A DNA stretch of 64,000 bases from Acidobacteriota bacterium (GTDB lineage: Bacteria; Acidobacteriota; UBA6911; RPQK01; JAJDTT01), in NCBI GenBank assembly GCA_965217775.1, contig CBDCJH010000002.1, forward strand, positions 4,096,001-4,160,000, in the 5' to 3' direction. This document shows, piece after piece, positions 9,714 to 19,952 of this stretch (position 1 is its first letter; each line of letters opens with the position of its first letter). The notes beneath the pieces were generated by a model that saw only the letters and a program-made list of their open reading frames with translations, had not been told where the DNA came from and did no database searches. The position numbers were made by a program, and so were the translations under genes.

Positions 9714-9940
9714 CTGGCGTTGGCTTCATTTCGATCAAAGGTATAGCCATCGGGCAGGGTCCAAGCGCGCTCTTTCATCCGCTCGACCGCCCTCGCTCGG
9801 CGCTCATCCCGCGCGAGGGCAATCCGCGTGGGCGCCGCGGACACCACTTCCAACTCGTCTCCGGGTTTCAGGCCAAGGTCCTCAACTAATGCCTTGGGCA
9901 ACCGTACAGCGAGACTATTGCCCCATTTGGAGACACGCAT
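9710..9940 (-). CDS. vapB: AbrB/MazE/SpoVT-type antitoxin
   Basis: VSKWGNSLAVRLPK swapped-hairpin motif. Confidence 0.92.
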   Translation of the reverse strand: MRVSKWGNSLAVRLPKALVEDLGLKPGDELEVVSAAPTRIALARDERRARAVERMKERAWTLPDGYTFDRNEANAR

Positions 9941-10304
9941 GATCTACCCTATGATATCCTTAAACTCCCGGATATCATAAGCGTTGCCAATTGTAGTGTC
10001 AAATCTGAGGAGTCTTGCCTCCGAGTCCTCAGCGTCGTCTCGGACTCGCTGAAGTCGGGCGTTTTGACGCCGAGTGGACTCAGGCTCTCAGACGAAAACT
10101 CTTTCAACAGAAAAGGTCTCGACCTTCCCTCTCCTCGGCCCGTTCCCGCCGGCGCGACGCTGCCAGCGCGGAGAAGGGGCCAGTCACCTTACTCTCGTTT
10201 GTGGGGAATCAACCCCGGGAGCGGACCCGGAGCCGGCGCTCGAGCGGATACAATTTCAACAGCGGATGAGATTCAAAGCGATTTCGTAGATCTCCTTGAC
10301 CTAT

Positions 10305-10462
10305 CAGCCCGTGGCAAAAGTCGTCACGGCATTCGACCGTCCGTGCATCCCGGCGGACGGCGTTGCGATTCGCTCACATACTCCCGGTATGCTCCCGAAT
10401 CGCGCCTTGTCCGGCGGGCGCAGGACCGGTCTCGGTGCTCGCGCGACTTTCACCACGGACTG
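10305..10462 (+). mobile_element. 158-bp MITE, copy 1 (TSD CTAT)
   Basis: Ends CAGCCCGTGGCAAAAGTC / GACTTTCACCACGGACTG form an imperfect TIR (15/18); CTAT on both flanks. Confidence 0.92.
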
Positions 10463-10520
10463 CTATGCAGCGCGAAGCCTCCCGAAGACCAGGAGACCAC
10501 CAACAACCCAGGGGCGACGC

Positions 10521-12959
10521 TTACAGGTCGCTTGGCCGGGCCATGTGGTAGCCGACCTGGCGGACGTTGAAGATGTAGGCAGGCTTGGCCGCATCGTCGC
10601 CCAGCTTGCGGCGGAGGTTCTTCACGACAGAGCGAATCGGCCGGGGATCTCCGGAGTCCCGCCGTCCCCACACCTGGCGAAACAAGGAAGCGTACGTTAT
10701 GACGTGTCCCGAGTTGACCGAGAGCAATCGGAGCAACTCGTATTCGGTGGCCGTCAGCGTCAACTGGCGATCGGCCACGGTCACCCGACGGTCCTCGTAG
10801 TCGATGACCATGTCCCCCAGCCGGAACGGTTCCGGCGACTCGTGGTTCCGGCGCAAGGCCGCCCGTACTCTCGCCACCAGTTCCGTCTGGGAGAAGGGCT
10901 TGACGATGTAATCGGCGGCCCCATTGTCGAGGGCACGGGCGATGGTCTCGTCCCTTCCATAGGCTGAGATGAAGATGACCGGGCGATCGGCCATCTCAGG
11001 GACGGACTCCATCAGCTCGATTCCATCGGTTCCGGGCAGCATCAAGTCCAGCAGGACCAACTGGGGCTTCTTCGTCCTGACCAAGTGGGCCACCTCCCGA
11101 GGGTCACCCGTCACGAGCGAGGAATAGCCGGCCGCCGCCAGCGTGTCCCGAACATACCGGAGCGTCTGCGGATCATCGTCCACCACCAGGATGGCCGCTT
11201 GCTCCCGCCCTTCACGAGACGGGCGCGAAGCTCCCCGCCCGAAGCCGGCCGCGTCGCGGGCCGCAGGCTCTTCAGCCACCGGAATCGTGAAGGTGAACCG
11301 CGCACCCAGGCCCTCGCCGGCACTCTCGGCCTGGATACGCCCCCCGTGGGCCTCCACCAGACCCTTGCAGATGGCCAGACCCAGGCCGGACCCCCGGATC
11401 CCGCCATCCCCCAGACGCACGTGCTTCCGGAACAGATGCGGCAACAGGTCCGGAGGCACCCCCCGGCCTTCGTCCGAGACCGCGATCGCCACATAAATAC
11501 CATCGAGCGCCGCGCCGACCCGAATGGGGGAGGACTCGGGCGAGTACCGGGCGGCGTTGGACAACAGGTTGTTCAAGACCTGGACGATGCGCTGCCGGTC
11601 AGCCATCACCCGGGGCAGGTCCAGCGGCAGATCGAAGTGGACGGTGTGCCGGCCACCGCCACTAAGGAAGGTGTTCCTGGCCTGATCCACCAGCCTGGCC
11701 ACCTCCGAGGGCTCGGGGATAACCGACAACGTGCCCGTCTCGATATGCCCCGCATCCAATAGATCGCTGATCAGCCCCAGCATGTGATCGGCCTGTTCGT
11801 CGATGATGCGGACGAACTGGTGCGTCTCGGCCGGGGACGAAGTGGCGCTCAATACGGCAGCGGCGGAGCCCTTGATCGAAGTTAGCGGGGCCCGCAATTC
11901 GTGGCTCACCAAGCCCAGGAACTCGGCCCGCAACCGCTCCGTCTCCTTCACCATCTCCATATCCTGCAGGGTGACCACCAGGGACTCGACCGTGCCGTCC
12001 TCGGTACGGATCGGCGTAGCGTTGATCAGCGTCGTGACGCTCCGGCCGTCGGGAACCTGCAAGACGATCTCTTCGGCGCGCACCGGCGCGGCATCGGCCA
12101 GCGCCTGCGTCAGGGGGAACTCTTCGAAGGTCATCTCCCGGCCATCGGCGCGCCGGCACGTGATCACCTCCAACAGTTGTGCTGGGGCGCGGTCCGGGAT
12201 GCTCAGGCGCCCGCCAATCCGTTTTGCCTCTTGATTGAGCAACACCATATTGCCGGTCCTGGCGTCGAAGACCGCGACCCCCACCGGCGAGGTGTCGACC
12301 AGGGCCACCAGACCGGCCCGGGCCCGCTGCTCGTCACGGTAGATACGGGCGTTGGCGATGGCCACGGCCGCCTGGGACGCGAACAGCACGAGAATCTCTT
12401 CGTCCTCGCTCGTGAACTCCCGGCCGCCTTCCCTTCCGCCGAGGAAGAAGTTTCCGACATGGACGCCCTGATGATGCATCGGCGTGCCCTGGCAGGTCGT
12501 CGCCCACCAAAACAAGTCCGTGGAAAAGCCGAGCGAACGGATATGGCTGGAAAAGTCTCGCAGCCTAAACGCTCCCGGAAGGTTCCGAAAATGCTTGAAG
12601 AGGCGCGGTCCGTCGGGCCAAGCCACCAACTGCCGATGTTCTTCCGGAGCTAAGCCGGAAGAGACGAAGTCCTCGACCTCCCCCGAGTCGTCGACGGTCG
12701 TGATCATGCCGAAGTCGGCTCCCGTCAGCGCCCGGGCGCCTTCCACGATCTCGCGCAGCACGGTGTCGACGTCGAGGCTTTCGCTGATGCGCAGGCTGGC
12801 TGCGGTGAGCCTGGAGATGCGGTCCCGTAGTATTTCGATCTCTCGTCTCAGTTCGTCGGGATTTTTCAATGGCCCAACCTCGCCGAATCCTGTAGCGAGG
12901 CCCGATTCATTGGCGCCAAGAACCGGCTCAAACGGGGAGCCGGGTTCAAGATGCGCCAC
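10521..12959 (-). CDS. Hybrid GAF-PAS-histidine kinase-REC-OmpR-type wHTH protein
   Basis: VSHELRAPL H-box, NLLSNA N-box, GSGLGLAI G-box, VVDDD/LLDLMLP receiver, LTATEYELL...NLRRKLGD...VGY winged helix; no TM segment seen. Start uncertain. Confidence 0.92.
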   Translation of the reverse strand: MAHLEPGSPFEPVLGANESGLATGFGEVGPLKNPDELRREIEILRDRISRLTAASLRISESLDVDTVLREIVEGARALTGADFGMITTVDDSGEVEDFVSSGLAPEEHRQLVAWPDGPRLFKHFRNLPGAFRLRDFSSHIRSLGFSTDLFWWATTCQGTPMHHQGVHVGNFFLGGREGGREFTSEDEEILVLFASQAAVAIANARIYRDEQRARAGLVALVDTSPVGVAVFDARTGNMVLLNQEAKRIGGRLSIPDRAPAQLLEVITCRRADGREMTFEEFPLTQALADAAPVRAEEIVLQVPDGRSVTTLINATPIRTEDGTVESLVVTLQDMEMVKETERLRAEFLGLVSHELRAPLTSIKGSAAAVLSATSSPAETHQFVRIIDEQADHMLGLISDLLDAGHIETGTLSVIPEPSEVARLVDQARNTFLSGGGRHTVHFDLPLDLPRVMADRQRIVQVLNNLLSNAARYSPESSPIRVGAALDGIYVAIAVSDEGRGVPPDLLPHLFRKHVRLGDGGIRGSGLGLAICKGLVEAHGGRIQAESAGEGLGARFTFTIPVAEEPAARDAAGFGRGASRPSREGREQAAILVVDDDPQTLRYVRDTLAAAGYSSLVTGDPREVAHLVRTKKPQLVLLDLMLPGTDGIELMESVPEMADRPVIFISAYGRDETIARALDNGAADYIVKPFSQTELVARVRAALRRNHESPEPFRLGDMVIDYEDRRVTVADRQLTLTATEYELLRLLSVNSGHVITYASLFRQVWGRRDSGDPRPIRSVVKNLRRKLGDDAAKPAYIFNVRQVGYHMARPSDL

Positions 12960-13213
12960 GCCTCGCAGACGCCCATCATAAATTATGCTGCCACAAAATC
13001 AGCATAACCTCACCTACTTATCACGCTATCCGCCACCTGCCTCACTCTTTAATCACTCGCGGCGTCTATGTTTTCAGGCAGCTTGCGACCTTCCGGAGCG
13101 CGTCAGCGTAACGAATGGCCAGTGACCGGCGAAGATCAGGCCATGGATTCTGTCAGGATTTCAGACGGAGGCCTCCGAGACGACGAGTCCTCGTCGAGTT
13201 GACGCCGCGCCTG

Positions 13214-13587
13214 TCAACTCCCCCAGTCGATCTCGAACGTTTCTGAAGTGCGGACGGAGTTGGCGACAAAACACTCCTTGTGCGCAAGTTCGTGGATCTT
13301 CTCCAAGCCTTCGGGAGATGGCGGTGTGGAACCAAAGGAAACCTTGGGATGGAGAACCGCACGGGTCACGGCCAGCTTCCCATCCGCATTCTTCTTGAGA
13401 AATCCTACGGCTGCATCCCGGTAGTGATCCACGACCAGCCGCTTTCAAGCAGCGATGGCGAGAAACGTGAGCATATGACAGCTCGCGAGTGCCGCAACCT
13501 ATCAGCCCGTGGCAAAAGTCGTCACGGCATTCGACCGTCCCTGCATCCCGGCGGACTGCGTTGCGACTCGGTCACATGCTCCGACAT
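13214..13587 (-). pseudogene. Second osmC copy, disrupted by MITE insertion and deletion
   Basis: Closely similar to 7579-8034; the 5' portion is replaced by a partial MITE, leaving only the first codons (ATG at 13587). Confidence 0.88.
13503..13582 (+). mobile_element. Partial MITE (left half)
   Basis: CTAT|CAGCCCGTGGCAAAAGTC...; homology stops at CACATGCTCC. Confidence 0.88.
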
Positions 13588-13762
13588 GTCTCGAATCCTC
13601 TGATCTGTGGTGTAACCAGGTTACTCCTCCTCCCGAGCCATTATGGCTCGGAGCCCGACAAGGAAACCTCTTCAACCGCGATGACAGATGCAAGGCCAGG
13701 GATCCATACACTACTCGCCGCCCGGCTTGCAGCCCTCGGCCATCCGGCGCATCATGATCGCC

Positions 13763-16700
13763 ATGAGACAGATTTCCCTTTCCCGCATTCAATCCTCTGC
13801 GATTCAGCCTCAGAAAGTCGAACCCGCGAATCGGAGCAGGCTCCGCGGGATACTGATGCTCACTACACTTCTTTTGCCTCTCGCCTGCGCGACCGGCCCC
13901 GATGAGGAACAGGAAGAGTGGCGGCGGATCACCGATATCTCCAGAAATCCGGAACAGCTCCGCGAGTACCTGAAACCGATACCGGCGCTGGATCCGGCCG
14001 AATCCCTGCAGGCCATCGAGGCCGCCGAGGGCTTCCGGGTGGAGCTGGCGGCCCACGAGCCTGAGGTGGTGGAACCGTTGTCCGCCACCTTCGACGAGAA
14101 CGGGCGCATGTACGTGGCCGAGTTCTACGGCTACCCGCGCCAGCCGCGGCCCGGCGAGGCCGGCACGGGCCGGATTCGGATGTTGGAGGACCGGGACGAA
14201 GACGGCTACTACGAAACGGCCCAAGTCTTCGCCGACAAGCTGGTCTGGCCCACCGGCGTGGCGGTCTGGAAAGGGGGGCTCTTCGTCTCGGCGCCGCCGG
14301 ACCTCCTCTACTTCAAGGACACGGACGGCGACGGCCGCGCCGACGTCCGGAAGCAGATCTACACCGGGTTCGGCGTCACCAACGAGCAGCAGATGCTCAA
14401 CAACATCATGTGGGGCGTGGACCACAAGATCTACGCCTCCACCGGCGGCAACGGGGGCTACATTCGTCCCGGAGGCCAGCCCGAGGCCGAGCCCGTCTCC
14501 GTCTACAACCGGGACTTCCGCTTCAGTCCGGTGAGCTTGGAGATGGAGCTCACCAACCAGACCTTTCAGTTCGGATACAGCTTCGACGAGTGGTTCAACC
14601 GCTACGTCTGCCGGGCGGGATCCTTCGGGCGGCACGTGGTCATGCCGCACGGATACCTGGAGCGGAACCCCTACCTCTTCTTCGACCTGCACGGGTACCT
14701 GACCATGGGTTCCATGGAGGTCAACCCGCTGACCCAGGGACGGCTCGCCATCTACCGGAGCAGCCCCATCGAACGCTGGCGCAAGATTCGCGAGGCCCGG
14801 CGGATCTTCGCGGGAAGAATCGCCCGGCTCGAAGAGGGCGGCCGGGAGAACTACCAGGAGTTTGCCGCCGCTTGGGCGGGAGTGAAGGTCTACACCGGAC
14901 ACGCGTATCCGGAGGAGTACCGGGGCAATATCTTCACCGGAGCCGCCACCGCCAATCTGTTCCACCGGCGCGTCCTGGAACCCGACGGCGTCACCTTCAA
15001 GGCGGTCCGCCGCGAACCCGAAGGCAAGGAATTCCTGCGTTCCAGCCACAACTGGTTCCGCCCCATCAACTCGGTCAACGCACCCGACGGGACTCTCTAC
15101 GTGCTGGACATGTGCCGGGAACTCGTGGAACACGGCCACGTCCCGGAACGGGTTCTCGCACATCTGGATTTCTCGCGAGGCTCGGAACATGGGCGGATCT
15201 ACCGGGTGGCGCCCCTCGATTTCAAGACGCCTCCGGCACCGCGGCTGGGCGAGGCCAACATCCAGGAACTGGTGGGGCACCTGGAGCATCCCGGCGGCTG
15301 GTGGCGGGAGACGGCGCACCGGCTCATCTTCGAGCGTCAGGACAAAGCCGCGGCGCCGCTGCTGCGGCGCCTGCTGAAGGAGAGCGAGCGCCCCCTGGCC
15401 CGGATGCACGCCCTCTGGTCGCTGCACGGGTTGGGCGCTCTGAGAGACCAGGACGTGGTCCGGGCGTTGTCCGATTCCTCCCCCGGGGTCCGGGAGCACG
15501 CGGTGCCGCACGCAGAGCAGCGGATGAAGCGCTCCGGACGGCTCTTCCGGAAGATCCTGGAGCTGGCCGGGGACGAGAATCCGCGCGTGCGGCTGCGAGT
15601 CGCCCTGGCTCTGGGCGAGGTCGGAGACCGGCGGGTTCTTCCGGCTCTGGTGAAGCTTGCCCGAAGCGACGGTGGAGACCGCTGGATCCGAAACTCGGTC
15701 CTGAGCTCCAGCACCCGCCTGGCCGACCGCCTCTTCACGAAGCTGGCGGCATTGGAAGAGTTTCAGCAGGAGCCGCTGGCGGGGCAGTGGCTGCCCCCGC
15801 TGGCCCGCGTCGTCGGGGGCCGGAGCAACACCTCGGAACTCCGTCGCCTGACCCGCGCCGCGGCCACCCATGAGGCGCTGGCCTCACAGCCGGATCTGCA
15901 ACTGGCCATCGTGACCAGCCTGGCCGAGGGACTGGCCATCGAAGGCCGGACTTTCACCCGCCTCAACAACCTCCATCCGGCAGCCACCCGCATGATCCGC
16001 ACCCATTTCGAGGCCGCCCTCACGGCGGCTGCCGACACTGAACTCCCGGAGAAAAAACGCCTGGCGGCGATTCGACTGATCCGGCACGCCACTCTGGAAG
16101 AGGTCCGGGAGGCCCTGACGAATCTGATCGATCCTCAGCAGCCCCAGGCGGTGCAGCTCGCCGCCATCGCGGCTCTGGCCGGCTACGAGGAACCGGAGAT
16201 CGCCCCGCTGCTGCTGGAGTCGTGGGGTACCCAGACGCCCAACGTGCGAGGCGGTGTCCTGTCGGGAGTGCTGTCCCGGGCGGAATGGACCCGCGCCCTG
16301 CTGGACGCCATCGAGTCCGAGACGGTTCCGGTCCACCAGATCGACGCCAAACGCCGCGAGCTCCTGATGAACCACGACGACCAGGGGATCCGCGACCGGT
16401 CTCTGAAACTCTTCGAGGCCTCCACGCCCGGGGACCGGCTGGAGGTCCTGGCCAACTACCAGGCCGCGTTGACGCTGCCGGGGGACCGGGAACTCGGCGA
16501 AAAGGTCTACCGCCGCGAATGCATCAAGTGCCATCGGTTGGGCAGCACCCGGCATCTGGTCGGTCCCAATCTTATCGTGGCCGGCTACCAGGACCGGGAT
16601 ACGCTCCTGACCAGTATCCTGGATCCGAACCGGGTCGTGGAGCCCCAGTTCACCCAGTACGTGGTGACCGATCGGAAGGGCCGTCTCTACACCGGCCTCA

Positions 16701-16975
16701 TGGCTCAGGAGACGGCGGCCAGCATCACGCTGGTGGAGAGCGAGGAGTTGCAGAACACGCTGCTGAGGAAGGACATCCAGGAGATTCGAGCCACCGTGCA
16801 GTCCCTGATGCCGGAGGGACTGGAAGAGACCATCTCGGAACAGGAGATGGCGGACGTGATGACCTTCATCCTGGACTACCAGTACGATATCGGCGCAGAG
16901 GGTGGAGGATACGGTCCCGGGGAGGAGGTCTACGGAGTGCCCTTGGAAACCCGCCGTTTCACCGCGGGGCCGTGA
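13763..16975 (+). CDS. PVC-type membrane-bound dehydrogenase / HEAT-repeat / cytochrome c protein
   Basis: Lipobox-like LPLAC; GFRVELAAHEP..FDENGRMYV propeller; HEAT-like repeats; CIKCH heme motif; SLMPEGLE. Start uncertain. Confidence 0.9.
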   Translation: MRQISLSRIQSSAIQPQKVEPANRSRLRGILMLTTLLLPLACATGPDEEQEEWRRITDISRNPEQLREYLKPIPALDPAESLQAIEAAEGFRVELAAHEPEVVEPLSATFDENGRMYVAEFYGYPRQPRPGEAGTGRIRMLEDRDEDGYYETAQVFADKLVWPTGVAVWKGGLFVSAPPDLLYFKDTDGDGRADVRKQIYTGFGVTNEQQMLNNIMWGVDHKIYASTGGNGGYIRPGGQPEAEPVSVYNRDFRFSPVSLEMELTNQTFQFGYSFDEWFNRYVCRAGSFGRHVVMPHGYLERNPYLFFDLHGYLTMGSMEVNPLTQGRLAIYRSSPIERWRKIREARRIFAGRIARLEEGGRENYQEFAAAWAGVKVYTGHAYPEEYRGNIFTGAATANLFHRRVLEPDGVTFKAVRREPEGKEFLRSSHNWFRPINSVNAPDGTLYVLDMCRELVEHGHVPERVLAHLDFSRGSEHGRIYRVAPLDFKTPPAPRLGEANIQELVGHLEHPGGWWRETAHRLIFERQDKAAAPLLRRLLKESERPLARMHALWSLHGLGALRDQDVVRALSDSSPGVREHAVPHAEQRMKRSGRLFRKILELAGDENPRVRLRVALALGEVGDRRVLPALVKLARSDGGDRWIRNSVLSSSTRLADRLFTKLAALEEFQQEPLAGQWLPPLARVVGGRSNTSELRRLTRAAATHEALASQPDLQLAIVTSLAEGLAIEGRTFTRLNNLHPAATRMIRTHFEAALTAAADTELPEKKRLAAIRLIRHATLEEVREALTNLIDPQQPQAVQLAAIAALAGYEEPEIAPLLLESWGTQTPNVRGGVLSGVLSRAEWTRALLDAIESETVPVHQIDAKRRELLMNHDDQGIRDRSLKLFEASTPGDRLEVLANYQAALTLPGDRELGEKVYRRECIKCHRLGSTRHLVGPNLIVAGYQDRDTLLTSILDPNRVVEPQFTQYVVTDRKGRLYTGLMAQETAASITLVESEELQNTLLRKDIQEIRATVQSLMPEGLEETISEQEMADVMTFILDYQYDIGAEGGGYGPGEEVYGVPLETRRFTAGP

Positions 16976-16992
16976 CATTAAGACGAGCGCTG

Positions 16993-17046
16993 GGAGCGGC
17001 GGTTTTCAACCCCCGATTGGGAGCGGCGGTTTCCAACCGCCGATTC
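16993..17046 (+). repeat. Two tandem 27-bp REP-like palindromes
   Basis: GGAGCGGCGGTTT(T/C)CAACC(C/G)CCGATT x2, same family as 26941-27048. Confidence 0.8.
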
Positions 17047-17169
17047 TTAGGTTCATGGGGGACAAGAATGTCCCCCCTCCCAGGGGATCCTGAACAAATT
17101 TCGCGCTACAAATTTACGGAGAGCGAGATGCGATTTCCTAAGAGGCCGACCGCCGGTCGCTGACGATTT

Positions 17170-19932
17170 ATGAAGACGATCACCACCCTCCGGATCCTGC
17201 TGCCGTTTCTCGTCACCTTGGAATTCGCTCAAGGCACCGAGTACAAGATCGTGCATGAGGGCTTCGAGAGCTTTTCCACGGGCAGCTTCGAGCACGCGGG
17301 ACAGGACATCTACGTCTCCCGCAAGGGCCGCCTCCAATTGATTCGCCGTTGGGACCTGAACAACGACGGCTACTACGACCTCCCCTTCGCCAGCACCCAC
17401 AACGTCATGGTGGGCAGCGTCGACGCGCTGGGCTACCTGCAGACGAACCGCGGTTACCGGTCGGTCCTGTCGCCCCTGCACCGGTCCCTGGCCCTGTACG
17501 ACCTGTGGCTGCAGGAGGAGAAGAGCCGTTCCAGCACCCTCCGGCTTCCGGCGGACCGCCCCAGCGCCGTCCTGTTCAGCGACGTGGACCAGGACGGCTA
17601 CCCCGACATCGTCTTCGCTTCCTCGGGGCTGGGGGACACCCCCTTCTCCGACAGCCTCATCTACTGGGGGTCTGAATTCGGCTACCGGAGCGAGTCCCGC
17701 ACGGCACTTCCCACGGCGGGCGCCCGGGACGTGACCATGGGAGACCTGAACCAGGACGGCCGGCAGGACGTGGTCTTCGCCAACCGGACAGGCCCGGGCC
17801 GGGCGAATCCGGGGTCCTACATCTACTGGGGGTCCAACGATTTCTATGGGGAACGTCATCGTAGCGCCGTGCCCACCGGGGGCGCCGTCGGCTGCCGGAT
17901 CGCCGATCTGGACGCAGACGGCCACCCTGACCTGGTCTTCGCCACCGCCGGCGAAGAGGGAGGACTCGAGATCTACTGGGGACGCGAGAAGGGGCCCGAT
18001 CCGGAGTCGCCGGCCCGGTTTCAGATCCCCGGTCTGGTATCGCTGGAGACCGCCCGGACCGGGAATCGGACCACGGTGCTGGCAGCGCTGTCGCAGAAGA
18101 AGCTGCAACTCTTCGAGTTCCAGTCCCGCCGGCCGGTCCTGCGGAAGACCGTGAACCGGGGCGGAGCGAGGGTCCGTCTGGCGGACCTGGACGGGGACGG
18201 CAGGCTGGAGGTCATCCTGGCCGGCGGGAACGCCTCGGCCGTCATCTGGGGCAAGGATGGCTCGGAAACCTCCGTACCGACACTCAACGCCAGGGACGTG
18301 GCCGTCTCCGACCTCAACCAGGACGGCTTTCCCGAACTCATCTTCGCCAACTACTCGGAGGGCACCTACGGCAACCTGGACGTCTCGTCCTATGTCTATT
18401 GGGGAAGCGTTCACGGGTACGGCGACGCGCGCCGGACCGATCTGCAGACCTTCGGCGCCGCGGCCGTGGCCGTGGGCGACCTGAACGGCGACAACCGGCA
18501 GGACCTGCTCTTCGGAAACACCGGGAGCGGGATCTCCGGAGGCAAGGACGAGTTCGTCTACGTCTACTGGGGACGGCCTCACCGCGGCTATTCTCCCGCC
18601 TTCGTCTCCCGCTACCCCTGCGTCATGGCCATGGGTGTCGCCATGGTCGATCTGGATGACGACGACCATGCGGAGTTGCTGGTGGCCAACTCGGGACGTC
18701 ACTACTCGGGCCTGCCCGGTGCCAGCTACCTCTACTGGGGGACTCCCGGCGGACCCGCGGTGGAGAAACGCAGCGAATTCGACCTCAACGAGAACGGTTC
18801 CTGGGAGATCGCCGACCTGAATCGGGACGGTTACCTGGACATCGTCGGATTCGATTTCGACACCCTTTTCCTCGCCTGGGGAGGGCCCCGGAAATTCTCG
18901 GATCCCGACCGCCAAATCCGGATTCCCGGCGTGGCCCATCTGGGCCAGAACTGCCGGCTGCTGGATATCGACCGGGACGGCTGGCTGGACATTCTGGCCG
19001 CCGACATCGGAAGTTCCTACAGCAAGATTCTGCTGGGCGGACCCGAAGGCTATTCGTCCGAACGCGTCCAACTGTTGAAGGAGCCGGGGATCGGCAACGT
19101 GGAGGTGGCGGACCTGGACGCCGACGGCTGGCTGGACCTGGTCCTGCTGCGACCGTATTCCAGGGACAACGGGGTGGACCGGGCCGACTCCTGGATCAAG
19201 ATCTACCATGGGAACGACCGCGGGCTGGAGGCCGAACCCAGGTTCGAGTTTCCCACCGTGGGGGCCATCGACGTGGTGGCGGCGGACTTGAACGGGGACG
19301 ACCGCCTCGATCTGGCGGTCTCCCAATACGAGTCCCGCAGCCACCGGAAGCTTCCGGTCCTGCTGTTCTGGAACGACGAGCAAGAGGGATACTCGGCGCG
19401 GCGCCGCACCGACCTGCCGGGCGAGTCCCCTTCGGCTCTGATGGCGGCGGACATGGACTACGACGGGCACACCGATCTGCTGGTGGTGAACCACAAGCTC
19501 TCGGTCGGCGAAGACAACCACAGCGTCGAGAGCTATCTCTACTGGGGCGCTCAGGACGGATTCTCGGTCGCGAATCGGAGCTACTTGCCGGCACCGGGAC
19601 CGCATTTTCTACAGAACGTGGACGTGGGCAACCTGGCGACCCGGAAACCCGAGGCGTCCTTCACCTCGCCGGCGCTCGATCTTTCCTCCTGGCCGAAAGA
19701 GGTCGAGCTGACTTCGCAGGGAGAGACCCCCCGAGGATCCCGGATCCGCCTTCTGGCCCGTTTTGCACCCGACCGCGGCGCCCTTGAGAACGCCGCTTGG
19801 AAAGCAGTCCCGGAATCGGGCCGGCTCTCGCGGGGGGACGGTGACTCCTGGCTCCAGTACCGGGCCACGCTGATCGCCGGCATGGGGTACGCCTCCCCCT
19901 ATCTGACCCGGGTGACGATTCGGGCCGACTAG
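17170..19932 (+). CDS. Exported FG-GAP/VCBS-repeat protein
   Basis: Signal peptide; many DLNxDGxxD repeats followed by YIYWG. Confidence 0.9.
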   Translation: MKTITTLRILLPFLVTLEFAQGTEYKIVHEGFESFSTGSFEHAGQDIYVSRKGRLQLIRRWDLNNDGYYDLPFASTHNVMVGSVDALGYLQTNRGYRSVLSPLHRSLALYDLWLQEEKSRSSTLRLPADRPSAVLFSDVDQDGYPDIVFASSGLGDTPFSDSLIYWGSEFGYRSESRTALPTAGARDVTMGDLNQDGRQDVVFANRTGPGRANPGSYIYWGSNDFYGERHRSAVPTGGAVGCRIADLDADGHPDLVFATAGEEGGLEIYWGREKGPDPESPARFQIPGLVSLETARTGNRTTVLAALSQKKLQLFEFQSRRPVLRKTVNRGGARVRLADLDGDGRLEVILAGGNASAVIWGKDGSETSVPTLNARDVAVSDLNQDGFPELIFANYSEGTYGNLDVSSYVYWGSVHGYGDARRTDLQTFGAAAVAVGDLNGDNRQDLLFGNTGSGISGGKDEFVYVYWGRPHRGYSPAFVSRYPCVMAMGVAMVDLDDDDHAELLVANSGRHYSGLPGASYLYWGTPGGPAVEKRSEFDLNENGSWEIADLNRDGYLDIVGFDFDTLFLAWGGPRKFSDPDRQIRIPGVAHLGQNCRLLDIDRDGWLDILAADIGSSYSKILLGGPEGYSSERVQLLKEPGIGNVEVADLDADGWLDLVLLRPYSRDNGVDRADSWIKIYHGNDRGLEAEPRFEFPTVGAIDVVAADLNGDDRLDLAVSQYESRSHRKLPVLLFWNDEQEGYSARRRTDLPGESPSALMAADMDYDGHTDLLVVNHKLSVGEDNHSVESYLYWGAQDGFSVANRSYLPAPGPHFLQNVDVGNLATRKPEASFTSPALDLSSWPKEVELTSQGETPRGSRIRLLARFAPDRGALENAAWKAVPESGRLSRGDGDSWLQYRATLIAGMGYASPYLTRVTIRAD

Positions 19933-19952
19933 CGACTCCAGGAGAGGCAGAT

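Noticed and set aside
2900-10300. Integron cassette array
   Set aside because: Genes are in mixed orientation, no convincing attC (RYYYAAC..GTTRRRY) structures were seen, and the 46935 recombinase is Cre-like rather than IntI.
13502-19605. Long minus-strand ORFs (789, 364 and 850 aa)
   Set aside because: Antisense shadows of motif-rich plus-strand genes in GC-rich DNA.
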